Positions 37,050-47,606 of a DNA stretch of 64,000 bases are shown here, one piece after another (position 1 is the first letter of the stretch; every line of letters begins with the position of its first letter). Position numbers and translations under genes: made by a program. The stretch is from Desulfobacteraceae bacterium (lineage in GTDB: Bacteria; Desulfobacterota; Desulfobacteria; Desulfobacterales; Desulfosarcinaceae). The notes below the pieces were generated by a model. The model did not search any database. It was not told the origin of the DNA and saw nothing but the letters and a program-made list of their open reading frames with translations. The stretch is taken from contig JAAERL010000139.1 of the NCBI GenBank assembly GCA_024230435.1, positions 6,339-70,338 on the forward strand, in the 5' to 3' direction.

Positions 37050-38990
37050 TTGAAACTATTCGATATTGAGAAATGGATAAATCATCCCATAGCCATAAGC
37101 GCCGTCAATAGGGTTTTACCCTTTCGCTTTTTCATCAATATCATTCTTCACTGCACGATTTTTATATTAAACTATTATTATTGCATTATTTTGCTTGAGG
37201 GAATGATATTTGACTGGACTGTTATTAAATTTATGGGGGTTCCCCTTTTACCATTGCTGGCGGTAAAGCTAATTGTGTTTCAATGGCATGATTTGTATAG
37301 AGGTTTGTGGCGCTATGTAAGCTTCGAAGATCTGACCAATATCATTCGCGCCGTCATTATCAGTTCTTTTACGGTTTATATCATGGGTTTAATTTGGCCG
37401 TTGGTAGCAGTGGCCGAAGAACTCTATATACTTGATGCCGCGTTTTGCATTCTTTGCTGCGGCGGGCTTCGAGCCCTGGTCCGCAATTTTCGCGAATTTT
37501 ATTTCCAGGGAGCAATCGGAGAAAAACAAAAGAGAATTTTGCTGGTTGGCCCTATTAACAGGGTTCAGCCGATTTTGAAAGATTTCCTCGGTGACCCCTT
37601 GCGCCGGTACATACCGCTTGCAGTAGTAGATCCGGGGAAAAAAAATTATGTTAACCTTGTTCGCATTTGTGATGTGCCTGTTTTTACTATTGACAGGCTC
37701 TTGAAATACAAAAAGCACTACAAAGCCGCTGATTCCATAGTTATTTGCTGGCCGGGAAGCACCCGGCGCCAAATGGACCCGCTTATAGACCGGCTCAAAT
37801 CCATGTCAATACCGTTTAAGATTATCCCCCATTTTGAAGATATCCTTGATAACCGGGTCAGTATCAGCGATATCCGGGAGGTGGAAATTCAAGATTTACT
37901 GGAACGTGATCCGGTAAATCTTCAAATGGACAAAATTAGCGCTTATTTGGAAGGAAAAACCATTCTGGTTACCGGCGGCGCAGGGTCCATCGGTTCTGAA
38001 ATTTGCCGTCAGGTAGCCGCTTTTAAACCTAAACGTCTTGTGGTGGTGGAACGCTGTGAAAACAGTTTGTGTGATTTGATCAGGGAGTTCCGCCGCTGGT
38101 TTGCCTCCATCGATTTGAATGCTACCGTATCCACGGTAAACGATTATCAAGGCCTTGTTGCAATAATGCGCAAGCATAAAGTGGACGTGGTTTTTCACGC
38201 TGCGGCATATAAACACGTGCCGTTGATGGAAAAAGTGCCTATTGAAGCTGCTTATAACAATATCGAGGGTACATACAACGCTGCTTTGGCGGCGATTCAA
38301 GCCGGTGTCCAGCGTTTTGTTTTGATTTCATCGGACAAAGCCGTCAACCCCACAAATGTGATGGGGGTTACAAAACGAATTGCAGAAATGATTGTTCAAA
38401 GCCTTTCGAACAATAAAACAAAATTTATGACCGTAAGGTTCGGCAATGTATTAGGTTCGGCAGGCAGTGTTATCCCTTTATTCAAAAAGCTGATTAAAAA
38501 CGGCGGCCCATTAACGGTAACGCATAAGAATATAGAACGATTTTTTATGACCATTCCTGAAGCCGTTCAGCTTGTGCTTCAAGCCGGGTGCATGGGCACG
38601 GGCGGAGAGATTTTTGTATTGGATATGGGCAAGCCTGTCCGCATTTTAAATCTGGCTGAAAAATTAATAACACTTTCCGGCAAAAGACCTTATGAAGATA
38701 TTGACATCGTTTTCACGGGGCTGCGTCCGGGCGAGAAAATGTATGAGGAATTGTTCAATAGTAACGAACAGCATCTGCCCACTTCGCATCCGCGCATCCG
38801 GTCTGCTGTTTGCAACATTGTGGAAGCAAAATTTATAGAAGATCAGATTTTTCAGATTCGAAAACTGATTCGCGCCAAAAAGGAAAAGCAGTTGCAGGAT
38901 AAATTTTTAGAATTGGTTCCAGGATATATCCCTTCAGAAATTTCGGGAAGTACAATGCCCGATAGCCCGCAAAAAATTTGGGTAAATTAA
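37050..38990 (+). CDS. membrane-anchored polysaccharide biosynthesis protein CapD/PglF/WbpM type (UDP-GlcNAc 4,6-dehydratase family)
   Basis: N-terminal TM helices, an SDR Rossmann LVTGGAGSIGSE, AAYKHVPLME and SSDKAVNPTNVMGVTKR are present. 646 aa. The TTG start is uncertain. Confidence 0.85.
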   Translation: MKLFDIEKWINHPIAISAVNRVLPFRFFINIILHCTIFILNYYYCIILLEGMIFDWTVIKFMGVPLLPLLAVKLIVFQWHDLYRGLWRYVSFEDLTNIIRAVIISSFTVYIMGLIWPLVAVAEELYILDAAFCILCCGGLRALVRNFREFYFQGAIGEKQKRILLVGPINRVQPILKDFLGDPLRRYIPLAVVDPGKKNYVNLVRICDVPVFTIDRLLKYKKHYKAADSIVICWPGSTRRQMDPLIDRLKSMSIPFKIIPHFEDILDNRVSISDIREVEIQDLLERDPVNLQMDKISAYLEGKTILVTGGAGSIGSEICRQVAAFKPKRLVVVERCENSLCDLIREFRRWFASIDLNATVSTVNDYQGLVAIMRKHKVDVVFHAAAYKHVPLMEKVPIEAAYNNIEGTYNAALAAIQAGVQRFVLISSDKAVNPTNVMGVTKRIAEMIVQSLSNNKTKFMTVRFGNVLGSAGSVIPLFKKLIKNGGPLTVTHKNIERFFMTIPEAVQLVLQAGCMGTGGEIFVLDMGKPVRILNLAEKLITLSGKRPYEDIDIVFTGLRPGEKMYEELFNSNEQHLPTSHPRIRSAVCNIVEAKFIEDQIFQIRKLIRAKKEKQLQDKFLELVPGYIPSEISGSTMPDSPQKIWVN

Positions 38991-39194
38991 TATCTTAATC
39001 AATCGAGTAAGGTTTTTTGATTGCAGGGTAGAACCTTCGTTGAGCATTAGGTGCCGGTAAACCGCAAATATTGCGCTGTACATGTTGAACCTGAGGCTGA
39101 TCGCTATGTTTTTTTGACACAAACCAGCTGAAGGTATAGCGAAAAATAGTCTTATTTTTTCTATTCTTAAAAAATCCACTAACTGAAGATAATA

Positions 39195-40934
39195 ATGATG
39201 AATTATATTCCGCAAAGAAAATACCGGGATGATATTGATGGCCTTCGCGCACTTGCAGTTCTATCTGTAATTGTATTTCATTTGGGATATTTACCAAATG
39301 GTTTTTTAGGTGTAGATGTCTTCTTTGTTATAAGCGGATATTTGATAACAGGGATAATATACAATGAAATTAAGAAGAATAACTTTTCCATAGTAAATTT
39401 TTATATCAGAAGAATTAGAAGAATAATTCCACTTTCGATATTCATTGTATTGATTTCTTTGATAATTGGTATATTTACCATGCTGCCGGATGATTTGGAA
39501 AATCTTTCACAATCCGCATTTGCGACAAATTTATTTGGTAACAATATCCTTCAAGCTATTACGACGAAAAACTATTGGGATGTGGTAAACGAATACAAAC
39601 CCTTGATGCATACCTGGAGCCTGGGGATTGAAGAGCAATATTATTTTTTTTACCCTTTGCTGATCCTGGTTATTAAAAAAAAAATAGACAAATGGCTATT
39701 GCCCCTGTTGTTTTTTTTAACGGTAATTTCGTTGGGTTTATATTTTTTGCCATTTAGAGAGCACGAGAAATTTTACCTGATTCCGTTCAGATTTTATGAG
39801 CTGTCATTAGGCGGCATTGCTGCGATTTGGATGCAAAACAAAGTTATTGACCATGTCTTCTCCACTGTTTTAATATTTGCCCTAATTGCCATGCTGTGCT
39901 TTAAGTTTTTCCTGCTTCCGGACAGCATAGTTTTGCCAATCACCATCGTTTTAACCTTAGGTGTACTTGTTTCGGCAAACAGTAAAAGTAAAATGGGTTC
40001 TTTTATTTTAGAAAATTTCTTATTTGTGGGCATTGGAAAAATCAGTTTTAGCTTGTACATGTGGCACCAGGTTTTACTTGCCTTTACGCGATATTTTTGG
40101 GTTCAGGAACTCCGCGCGATTCACTTGGTCATATTGGTTATTTTAACATTTGCTCTTTCGATTTTAACCTACCATCTGATTGAGCAGCCATTTCGGAACA
40201 AAAATACAGTAAGTATCCGTGTCCTTTTAATAACAGTATGTTCGGCTTTTGCAGTTACCAGTGCAGCATCATTTTACATCTATTTTAAATCTGGCGTTTT
40301 AAAGGATGTTCCGGAGCTCGGTATCAGTAAGTCACAGGCTAAAAGAAAATTTCACACATTGTACAATCGCCGCATATTTGAATATGATGACAACTTTACT
40401 TCGAAAGATAAAATCAAAGTCCTTGTGGTTGGTGATAGTTTCGGACGTGATTGGGCCAATGTTTTATTGGAATCAAAACACAAAGATAAGTTGGAAATTT
40501 CATATTTTTTTAAATTAGAAAATTACATGGAACTTAAAGATAGAGCGCAAAAGGCAGATATTGTATTTTGGTCAAGGCCAAGACTGAAGTCTGTTCAAGA
40601 GTTAGGGATTGATAAAAGTAAAATGTGGGCGGTCGGAACTAAAAATTTTGGAAATAGTAACGGTATATTTTACAACTATAAGGGCGATGACTACTATATG
40701 CAAAGAACCCAAATGGAAAGTGGTTTATGGGAAGAAAATGAAATTTTAAAGCAGCAGTGGGGAAACAGGCTTATCGATTATATTGAGAAGGTAACTGATG
40801 ATAATAAAACAGTTCCTGTGTTTACACCTCTTGGTAAATTTATTAGCCAGGATTGCAGGCATTTAACCCAGTCAGGAGCTAAGTATTTTGCTCAATTGTT
40901 TAAAGATGATTTGGCGTTAATTTTGAAAAAGTAA
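39195..40934 (+). CDS. acyltransferase family 3 (OafA/YrhL-like) with C-terminal SGNH-like domain
   Basis: IDGLRALAVLSVIVFH...GVDVFFVISGYLIT is the acyltransferase_3 signature. Multiple TM helices follow, and the C-terminal soluble domain has VLVVGDSFGRDW. The gene is visibly AT-rich. Confidence 0.85.
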   Translation: MMNYIPQRKYRDDIDGLRALAVLSVIVFHLGYLPNGFLGVDVFFVISGYLITGIIYNEIKKNNFSIVNFYIRRIRRIIPLSIFIVLISLIIGIFTMLPDDLENLSQSAFATNLFGNNILQAITTKNYWDVVNEYKPLMHTWSLGIEEQYYFFYPLLILVIKKKIDKWLLPLLFFLTVISLGLYFLPFREHEKFYLIPFRFYELSLGGIAAIWMQNKVIDHVFSTVLIFALIAMLCFKFFLLPDSIVLPITIVLTLGVLVSANSKSKMGSFILENFLFVGIGKISFSLYMWHQVLLAFTRYFWVQELRAIHLVILVILTFALSILTYHLIEQPFRNKNTVSIRVLLITVCSAFAVTSAASFYIYFKSGVLKDVPELGISKSQAKRKFHTLYNRRIFEYDDNFTSKDKIKVLVVGDSFGRDWANVLLESKHKDKLEISYFFKLENYMELKDRAQKADIVFWSRPRLKSVQELGIDKSKMWAVGTKNFGNSNGIFYNYKGDDYYMQRTQMESGLWEENEILKQQWGNRLIDYIEKVTDDNKTVPVFTPLGKFISQDCRHLTQSGAKYFAQLFKDDLALILKK

Positions 40935-40962
40935 TGTCTGGCCAGCTTTCAAGTTTTTTGAA

Positions 40963-41129
40963 TAAGGAGATTGGCGGAAAAGAATATACCAGATTGGCCT
41001 CGATTTTTTTTCGTCTTCAAGGCGTGCCAAAGTTTGCATACTTTACGTATTCGCACCTTTGGCATAACTTAAGAAGACGGGAAAAAAGACATGCAAGATG
41101 GTATATTCTTTAACTGTAAATTGCTTTAG
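40963..41129 (+). repeat. repeat family A, long copy A5
   Basis: TAAGGAGATTGGCGGAAAAGAATATACCAGATTGGCCTCGATTTTTTTTCGTCTTCAAGGCGTGCCAAAGTTTGCATACTTTACGTATTCGCACCTTTGGCATAAC...GATGGTATATTCTTTAACTGTAAATTGCTTTAG. Confidence 0.85.
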
Positions 41130-41216
41130 CAAAAAGCCTATGCCATTTTCTGATTTTAAATATATACCTTTTAATTAGAGATGAGAAATATAACTAAAAG
41201 ATAATAGGTGGAGAAA

Positions 41217-43625
41217 ATGAGAGAAAATATTAACCTTTTAAGGTCAATAATTGTATTAGCTGTAATTGCTGTTTTTTGCGGCTGTGCTACAAAAGAGGAA
41301 AAAACTGAAAAGTTTTACAATAAAGGCAAAGCGTATTACGATAAGAAAGATTATGGAAATGCCCGCCTGTCCTTGAAAAACGCAATACAGATCGATCCAA
41401 AAAATGCTAACGCATATTTATTGTTGGGAACGGTAGAACTTGAAGAAGAAAACATCCAGAAGGCCTTTGGCTATTTTAACAAAGCCACCAATCTTAATCC
41501 TGAACTGATAGAGGGCCATTTGCAGATAGGCCGAATTTATTTGGCATCCGGTTCCTTGGATGATGCCAGTGATAAAGTCAATTTCGTTTTGGGAAAACAA
41601 CCCCAAAGCCAAAGCGCCTTGCTTCTCAAGGCAGGTGTTTTGATGGCGCAAAGTTCCCTTGAAAAGGCAAAGCCGATTCTGGAAAAATTGATGGCGGAAG
41701 GTTTTAAAGAGCCGGAAGTCTATCTGATGATGGGCTCTATTGAAAATAAAGAAGACAGCTATGAGGCGGCTGAAAAAGTACTAAAAGAGGGCATACAGGA
41801 AAATCCCAGGAGCATCAATTTGCGGGCTTCCTTGGTCAGATTGTATAGCCATATGCAAGAATATGAAAAGTCCGTAGACGTTGTTAAAAAGGTCATCGAG
41901 ATTGAACCGGAAAAAAATTATCACAAAATCGAGCTGGCCAATCTTTATTGGAAAATGGACAAAAAAACGGAAGTCAAATCGCTTTTTAATAAAATTATCG
42001 CCGCCGATCCCAATGATGAAAATCTCCGGATATCTTTGGCTAATTTTTATAAGGAAAGGGACAGCAATGATTTAGCCGAAGAAATAATAAAAACCGGATT
42101 GGAATATAATTCTGACAGTCTGATGTATCGCCTAGGACTGAGCAAAATATACCTGGAACACCGTAAGATGGACAAAGCACAAGCCATAGTCGAAGAGTGT
42201 TTGACGCTGGTTAAGGATCAAGAAGATCAACAGCTTCTTAAAGCAAAACTTGCATTGGCTGGAATACATTTCAATAAAGCGGAATTGGAAATAGCCGAGG
42301 AGTACGTTGATCAAATTCTGGCCGCAAGCTCAAACTATGAAGACGCGCAATTTTTAAAAGGACGCATCTACCTGAAACGTTCCGATGCTCAGAATGCTGT
42401 CAATTGTTTTCGCAATGTCGTTGCCTCTGACCCCAATGGAGTTAGAGGATTTTTATTCCTTGCGCAAGCGCATCTTTTGAAAAAAGAAAAAGATTTGGCC
42501 AAAGATGCTCTATCCTCCGCTTTAAAACAAAATCCCCAGGCTTTCGAGCTTCGCGTGGCGCTTGCCAGGATTTATATATCGGAAGATGATTTGGAATCGG
42601 CTGAAGCAGAGCTTAGAAAAAATATTGATCAAAATCCGGGTCGACTTCAAGCATATGGAGAGCTGGGTGATTTTATGTCATCCGTTGAAAAATATTCAGA
42701 GGCCGAGCAAGTTTTCCGGTCAATAATTGAAAAAGCCCCTAAAATACCGGCAGGTTATATGAAGCTAAGGGATCTGTATGCGGTACAAAAAAGCTGGTCC
42801 AAAGCAGTCAGCGTCATGGAAGAAGGCTATGAGCGCATGCCTGAATCAGATGCTATGTTTACAGCCATTTGCCGTACGTGTCTTGCCGCCGGAGATGCCG
42901 ATAAGGCAGAAAAAATCGCTAAAGAACGAATCAATATGAATAAAAACGACGCCCTGGCGCATAATCTTCTGGGCGAAATTTACATGTATAAGAAAAAATA
43001 TAGCGAGGCTGAAAACTCTTTTAACAAGGCAGTTACTCTAAATTCCGAATGGCCTGAAGCGCATAACAATCTGGCTAAGTCTTATCTGAAGCAAGGTAAG
43101 GAAAAAGAGGCCGTTACCACTTTTTACAAATCAATAAAAAATAATCCGGCCAACCCTTCTGCATATATGACTCTTGCTTATATTTATCAATTAAAGAAAG
43201 AGTATGAAAAAGTAGAAAACGTATACGAACAGGCTTTGAAGGCCTTGCCCGATCTCTGGGTAGCCGCAAATAATCTCGCCTTTTTGATGATTGAAGAAAA
43301 TGAAGATGCAAGCAAGTATGAAAGGGCGATTAAACTTGCCGAAAAAGCGCTTACCTATAACCCTGACAGTCCGGAAATAATGGATACCATTGGATGGGCT
43401 TACTATAAAAAGGGAGATATGGAAATGGCCGTTACCGAGTTGGAAAAAGCTTTGGCCAAGGCGCCCGAAAATCCCACAATCAACTATCACATCGGCATGG
43501 CCTTGATCGAAGCAAACCGGTTAGTCGAAGCACGGGAAAAACTTGAAAACGCATTAAAGGGTGATCAAGACTTTCCGGAAAAAGATAAAGCAAAAAAAGC
43601 ACTGAGTACATTGGAAGCCGGGTAA
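41217..43625 (+). CDS. prsT: PEP-CTERM system TPR-repeat lipoprotein (PrsT-like)
   Basis: Lipoprotein signal with lipobox (AVIAVFCGC) followed by about 780 aa of TPR repeats. This size and architecture match the TPR lipoprotein marker of exosortase/PEP-CTERM loci. ATG 41217 is preferred because of the AGGTGGAG RBS. Confidence 0.75.
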   Translation: MRENINLLRSIIVLAVIAVFCGCATKEEKTEKFYNKGKAYYDKKDYGNARLSLKNAIQIDPKNANAYLLLGTVELEEENIQKAFGYFNKATNLNPELIEGHLQIGRIYLASGSLDDASDKVNFVLGKQPQSQSALLLKAGVLMAQSSLEKAKPILEKLMAEGFKEPEVYLMMGSIENKEDSYEAAEKVLKEGIQENPRSINLRASLVRLYSHMQEYEKSVDVVKKVIEIEPEKNYHKIELANLYWKMDKKTEVKSLFNKIIAADPNDENLRISLANFYKERDSNDLAEEIIKTGLEYNSDSLMYRLGLSKIYLEHRKMDKAQAIVEECLTLVKDQEDQQLLKAKLALAGIHFNKAELEIAEEYVDQILAASSNYEDAQFLKGRIYLKRSDAQNAVNCFRNVVASDPNGVRGFLFLAQAHLLKKEKDLAKDALSSALKQNPQAFELRVALARIYISEDDLESAEAELRKNIDQNPGRLQAYGELGDFMSSVEKYSEAEQVFRSIIEKAPKIPAGYMKLRDLYAVQKSWSKAVSVMEEGYERMPESDAMFTAICRTCLAAGDADKAEKIAKERINMNKNDALAHNLLGEIYMYKKKYSEAENSFNKAVTLNSEWPEAHNNLAKSYLKQGKEKEAVTTFYKSIKNNPANPSAYMTLAYIYQLKKEYEKVENVYEQALKALPDLWVAANNLAFLMIEENEDASKYERAIKLAEKALTYNPDSPEIMDTIGWAYYKKGDMEMAVTELEKALAKAPENPTINYHIGMALIEANRLVEAREKLENALKGDQDFPEKDKAKKALSTLEAG

Positions 43626-43727
43626 TCCGCTTGTTTTTGAATGCGCGGCATAGGTGCGAAGATAACCGATAACCCGTACCGCTTTGAAAACTATGAAAAG
43701 TAAAATATGTTAAAAAATGGTGAAATT

Positions 43728-44336
43728 ATGAAGTATTCAAAATTCAACGCAATTAAAGTGAGTCTTATGAGTTTGCTGGTGCTAATCTTTGCGGTTTCAT
43801 TTGTTGTGCCCGGATGGGCCGATGGTGAATCTACAGCAAAGAGAGCCAATAGACAATACAGGGTCGGGGTAGGCGATGTATTGATTCTGTCGGTTTGGAA
43901 AGATAGTAATTTAACTCGATCGGTTATCGTGCTGCCCGATGGTACGCTTTCTTTCCCATTGGTTGGACGCATTCAGGCCGAAGGAAGAACCCTGATTGCA
44001 ATCAAGAACGAGATAACCAAGCTTCTTACCAAGTATATACCCGCACCCACGCTGTCCATAGAAGTCTCCAAGGTAAACAGCATGGTGATTTATGTGGATG
44101 GTAAGGTTAACAGGCCTGGCCGATTCGAAATTGCAGACAATATAAATGTCTTGCAGGCTTTGTCGCTGGCAGGAGGATTGAATGCATTTGCTCAGAAAAG
44201 CGATATACGTATTTTCAGGGAAACTTCATCATCAGGAACCAAAATGTATAAATTTAATTACAAGAGTGTTGTAAGCGGCCGTAATTTAGAAAACAACATC
44301 AAACTGAAACGCGGAGACATTATTGTCGTTCCATAA
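43728..44336 (+). CDS. polysaccharide export protein (Wza/EpsE-type, short PEP-CTERM-locus form)
   Basis: Signal peptide, then YRVGVGDVLILSVW, the Poly_export motif (PDGTLSFPLVGRIQAEGRT), and a SLBB-like C-terminus (GDIIVVP). The alternative start 43707 is possible. Confidence 0.8.
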   Translation: MKYSKFNAIKVSLMSLLVLIFAVSFVVPGWADGESTAKRANRQYRVGVGDVLILSVWKDSNLTRSVIVLPDGTLSFPLVGRIQAEGRTLIAIKNEITKLLTKYIPAPTLSIEVSKVNSMVIYVDGKVNRPGRFEIADNINVLQALSLAGGLNAFAQKSDIRIFRETSSSGTKMYKFNYKSVVSGRNLENNIKLKRGDIIVVP

Positions 44337-44359
44337 AGCGTGAAAAGGGGTTCAAGGTC

Positions 44360-45637
44360 ATGAAAAAATTAAATGAACTGTTGGCGGATGTAGTGTTTTC
44401 GAAAAAATTGTCCCTTGCGATGGTGCTTATTGGGCTGATTTTCGCAATTTGCCCCCGGGTATTTGCCGATCCGCCCTATCGTGTCGTGCCAGCCCTGACA
44501 TTAAAGCAAGTTTATAACGATAATATTTATTTGAGCGCCGGAGAAAAAACGCATGATTTTATTACCACTGTTTCTCCGAAATTTTCCATAGGTTATGAAA
44601 CCGAACGCACCGAAGCGGACTTTAGCTTACTCGTGGATATTCATCGTTACTTAAACGAAGATCAACTGAACAACTCTGACCAGACTTTGGACGGCCTTTT
44701 CAAGCACCAGGTCACGCCCAGTTGGGCAATCAATCTTGGAGGCGGGTATAAAATTGATTCACTCAGCGAAAGCGATATTGATGATAGCGGCCTGGTGCAA
44801 AGTGCAGGAGAGCGCAGAAATTGGAATTATGATATCGGCACCGAAATACAGATGACTGACAGAACATCGCTGGAAGCGATTTTTTCGAATGAATTCACGG
44901 ACTATGACGTTGAGACAACACCTGACCTGAAGAGCTATACCACTTCTCTGGCTTTAAATAGGATCTTTACCGAGCGGGTAGTTGGATTTATTCAAACAAG
45001 CTGGAGCCATATCATTTATACCGGGCAATATAATCCGGCTCCTTATGAATTTGTTGATCAAGAGGTGATCTATGACAGCTACGCGCTTATTCTTGGCTCC
45101 AAGATCAGTATCAACGAAAAGGTTGCCCTGAACGCTAATGCAGGTTACCGGTTGACACAATTTGAAGAAAACCGGCAAGGTGAAGTAACGGTGGGCCCAT
45201 TAACCGGTACCTATGAAGAAGTAACTGAAAATGGTTACCAAAATTTATTGGCAAATGTATCGTTTGTATTTGCAAATGAAAAAGTGACTTCCAAGATAGG
45301 CGCGGGATACGACTTTTTACCGGCTTCGGGTCAGACTTACAATACAAACCGGGTGAGCCTGAATGCCAGCGTGGATAAAAAGCTCAGGGAAAATTGGCAA
45401 ATCGGAGCAGGCGCTTATTATTTCTATAACAAGAGCGTGGATAAACAAGTCCAAACCGAATCGATTGATCAAATTACCCTAAAGGCAAATTCCTATCTGC
45501 AATATATCTTCAACAAAGACTGGAGTCTTAAATTAAATTATCAAAACACGGTGATAAGAAATCTTAATACGGATACGAAAGCAATACAAAATCAGTTGAT
45601 GCTTTTGTGTCTGTGGCAGCATAATCTGTTGGAATAA
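44360..45637 (+). CDS. outer-membrane beta-barrel protein associated with PEP-CTERM/EPS loci
   Basis: Signal peptide (…CPRVFA/DPP), an alternating amphipathic beta-strand pattern, and the N-terminal L.Q.YNDNIYL motif recalled from the PEP-CTERM-associated OMP family. Confidence 0.55.
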   Translation: MKKLNELLADVVFSKKLSLAMVLIGLIFAICPRVFADPPYRVVPALTLKQVYNDNIYLSAGEKTHDFITTVSPKFSIGYETERTEADFSLLVDIHRYLNEDQLNNSDQTLDGLFKHQVTPSWAINLGGGYKIDSLSESDIDDSGLVQSAGERRNWNYDIGTEIQMTDRTSLEAIFSNEFTDYDVETTPDLKSYTTSLALNRIFTERVVGFIQTSWSHIIYTGQYNPAPYEFVDQEVIYDSYALILGSKISINEKVALNANAGYRLTQFEENRQGEVTVGPLTGTYEEVTENGYQNLLANVSFVFANEKVTSKIGAGYDFLPASGQTYNTNRVSLNASVDKKLRENWQIGAGAYYFYNKSVDKQVQTESIDQITLKANSYLQYIFNKDWSLKLNYQNTVIRNLNTDTKAIQNQLMLLCLWQHNLLE

Positions 45638-46031
45638 TTAATATCGAGTTTGACTAAAAAATTGTGAAAATGAAAAGGTCAGGCCATGGCGCAAACTGCG
45701 GGGGTTGAACCTGTCTTTGCAGCTTGATTCATGTGAACCATAGTGTCGAAATGTTATAGCTGATTCAAGTTAGAGTCTTGTACGGCCCTTAAACGGGTTA
45801 CAGGTAAAATTCGCAATATAGAGTTTATTTTCGCATAAGTCTACAAGTGTTCAGATCGCATTATAGCGGGTATATTCCACCTTTTACACAAGACAGGTTC
45901 AAGCATCGCAACTGGTCGTTGAAAACATGGAATAGGCCGGAAAAGCCGTTAAAATCCAATCCAAAGCTTTGAAAATTTCATGTTTTTAAGCTCTATAGAC
46001 GTCAAATGTGTGAAAGCAAGGAGCGACAATT

Positions 46032-47249
46032 ATGGTAAGGAAAAAAGTTATGCTGCATGGGAGGCCGCGAAGTAAAACAGCGAAATCTTTTTGCATGTTT
46101 TGTATCACGGTTTTCTTTCTATTGGTATTGGCGATAGACTCGCATGCCTTTGAAACAGGCGACAATTTTGTCCCGCATAACACGGCGAGTAGGTTTATGA
46201 GGCGCTACGAGCAGATGGGCAACAATGAACACATCACCTATCCTGTCCGCGTCTATGGTACGGGAATTTCCGATATCGAAGCGGAGGAATTTATTGAGCA
46301 TATGTCGGTGGCGGTGTCCTACATGACGGAAAGTATGTACAATCATTATGGTTTTATGGTCAAGAGTGTCACTTTTACTCTCGAAGCAAATAGTGAAGGT
46401 CCCAGCACATCAGGTGATCCAATGCCGTTAAATATTCAGGTTGGAAACCCATGGGCAATGGGTTATGCAAACAATAATCTCTTTTTGCCCGAATCCTGGG
46501 CGCTTAACCCTGATTATACGACTTCTGGACTATATCATGAATTTGCTCATCATTTCTTGCTTCGTCACCTTGACTTAAACGACGGGTATTTTCCTCGTTC
46601 CACGATGGACACTCCTAGTGGCGATGTTCCGACAGAATACCTCTGTTGGGGGGGAGACGATCTGGCAGGAGCGATACATATGTGGCGTTATACCAATGAT
46701 CCAGATGCGCCTCAGTGTCCAGAGTTTTACACCCTGGAGACTGTCGGAGTTACTTCTGGGAGTTTTCCCGATGCACAACCCTACCCCGAAGGTACATGGA
46801 GATGCGATCCAGACAGGGAAGATCGGTATGGAATGCAGCTTCAAAACATAGAGGACGGAAGATGCGTGGAAGGACCAGATAGCAATGATGGGACAAATGC
46901 CTCAATGGCTGCCTGCAATTATGAAGACACCAAACAGCAATGGGATTTGCTGGCAGATGACGATGGCTCTTTCCGGATCAGAAACGTTGACAACGGTAAG
47001 TGTATGCAAGTAAGAGACGGATCCCTTTCAAGTGGGGCAATCATCGAACAACACACATGTAACGCCGCAACTTCGGATGATGCAATACAAAAATTCTACC
47101 CGATTGCTGATGGAAGTGGTAATTACTCGCTTCGCGTAGAATTGGGCGGGCGGTTTGTCGAAGTTTCTGGTGACGGCGTCATTCAAGAAACCCCCAATGG
47201 CGCTAATATCCAAAGATGGAACATATCGTCTGACATTGATACAGAATAG
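46032..47249 (+). CDS. secreted HExxH metallopeptidase-like protein with C-terminal ricin-type beta-trefoil lectin domain
   Basis: Signal peptide, HEFAHH (nt 46536-46553), and a C-terminal ~130 aa with three QxW-like repeats (KQQWDL, IQKFYP, IQRWNI) plus GKCM/GRCV motifs. RBS AAGGAG is upstream. Confidence 0.6.
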   Translation: MVRKKVMLHGRPRSKTAKSFCMFCITVFFLLVLAIDSHAFETGDNFVPHNTASRFMRRYEQMGNNEHITYPVRVYGTGISDIEAEEFIEHMSVAVSYMTESMYNHYGFMVKSVTFTLEANSEGPSTSGDPMPLNIQVGNPWAMGYANNNLFLPESWALNPDYTTSGLYHEFAHHFLLRHLDLNDGYFPRSTMDTPSGDVPTEYLCWGGDDLAGAIHMWRYTNDPDAPQCPEFYTLETVGVTSGSFPDAQPYPEGTWRCDPDREDRYGMQLQNIEDGRCVEGPDSNDGTNASMAACNYEDTKQQWDLLADDDGSFRIRNVDNGKCMQVRDGSLSSGAIIEQHTCNAATSDDAIQKFYPIADGSGNYSLRVELGGRFVEVSGDGVIQETPNGANIQRWNISSDIDTE

Positions 47250-47595
47250 ATAAGAACTTGCTTTTTACGCTGTCGCTCCGAAAAATTAGATTCGGCGATT
47301 TTTTCAACAGGTTTTTGCTGAAAAATATGTATAGTGATCCAATTTTAGGCCTCTTTACCTCTGGGAAGATTCTGTGACACCTCAACCAAACTACTTTATA
47401 CTCAAAATTCTTATTCATAAATTCATAAATAATTAGCATTTCGGCGCCGGGATAGCAAACTTCGACTGCATTGAACTTATCGAAAAGTTTTTCAAGCGCA
47501 GCATTTGCAGCAGGCCTTGATGCATTATATAAATTACTTTTTTTAGCCTTTTTGGATGCGCTATAATATAAGTTTTCTTTAAAATTCAATGTCAT
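47203..47595 (-). CDS. hypothetical protein (doubtful)
   Basis: This 130-aa ORF is the only one in the 340-nt gap between convergent and divergent neighbours. It overlaps both neighbours' ends, and no family is recognised. Confidence 0.2.
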   Translation of the reverse strand: MTLNFKENLYYSASKKAKKSNLYNASRPAANAALEKLFDKFNAVEVCYPGAEMLIIYEFMNKNFEYKVVWLRCHRIFPEVKRPKIGSLYIFFSKNLLKKSPNLIFRSDSVKSKFLSILYQCQTICSIFGY

Positions 47596-47606
47596 ATAGG
47601 TGTCAC

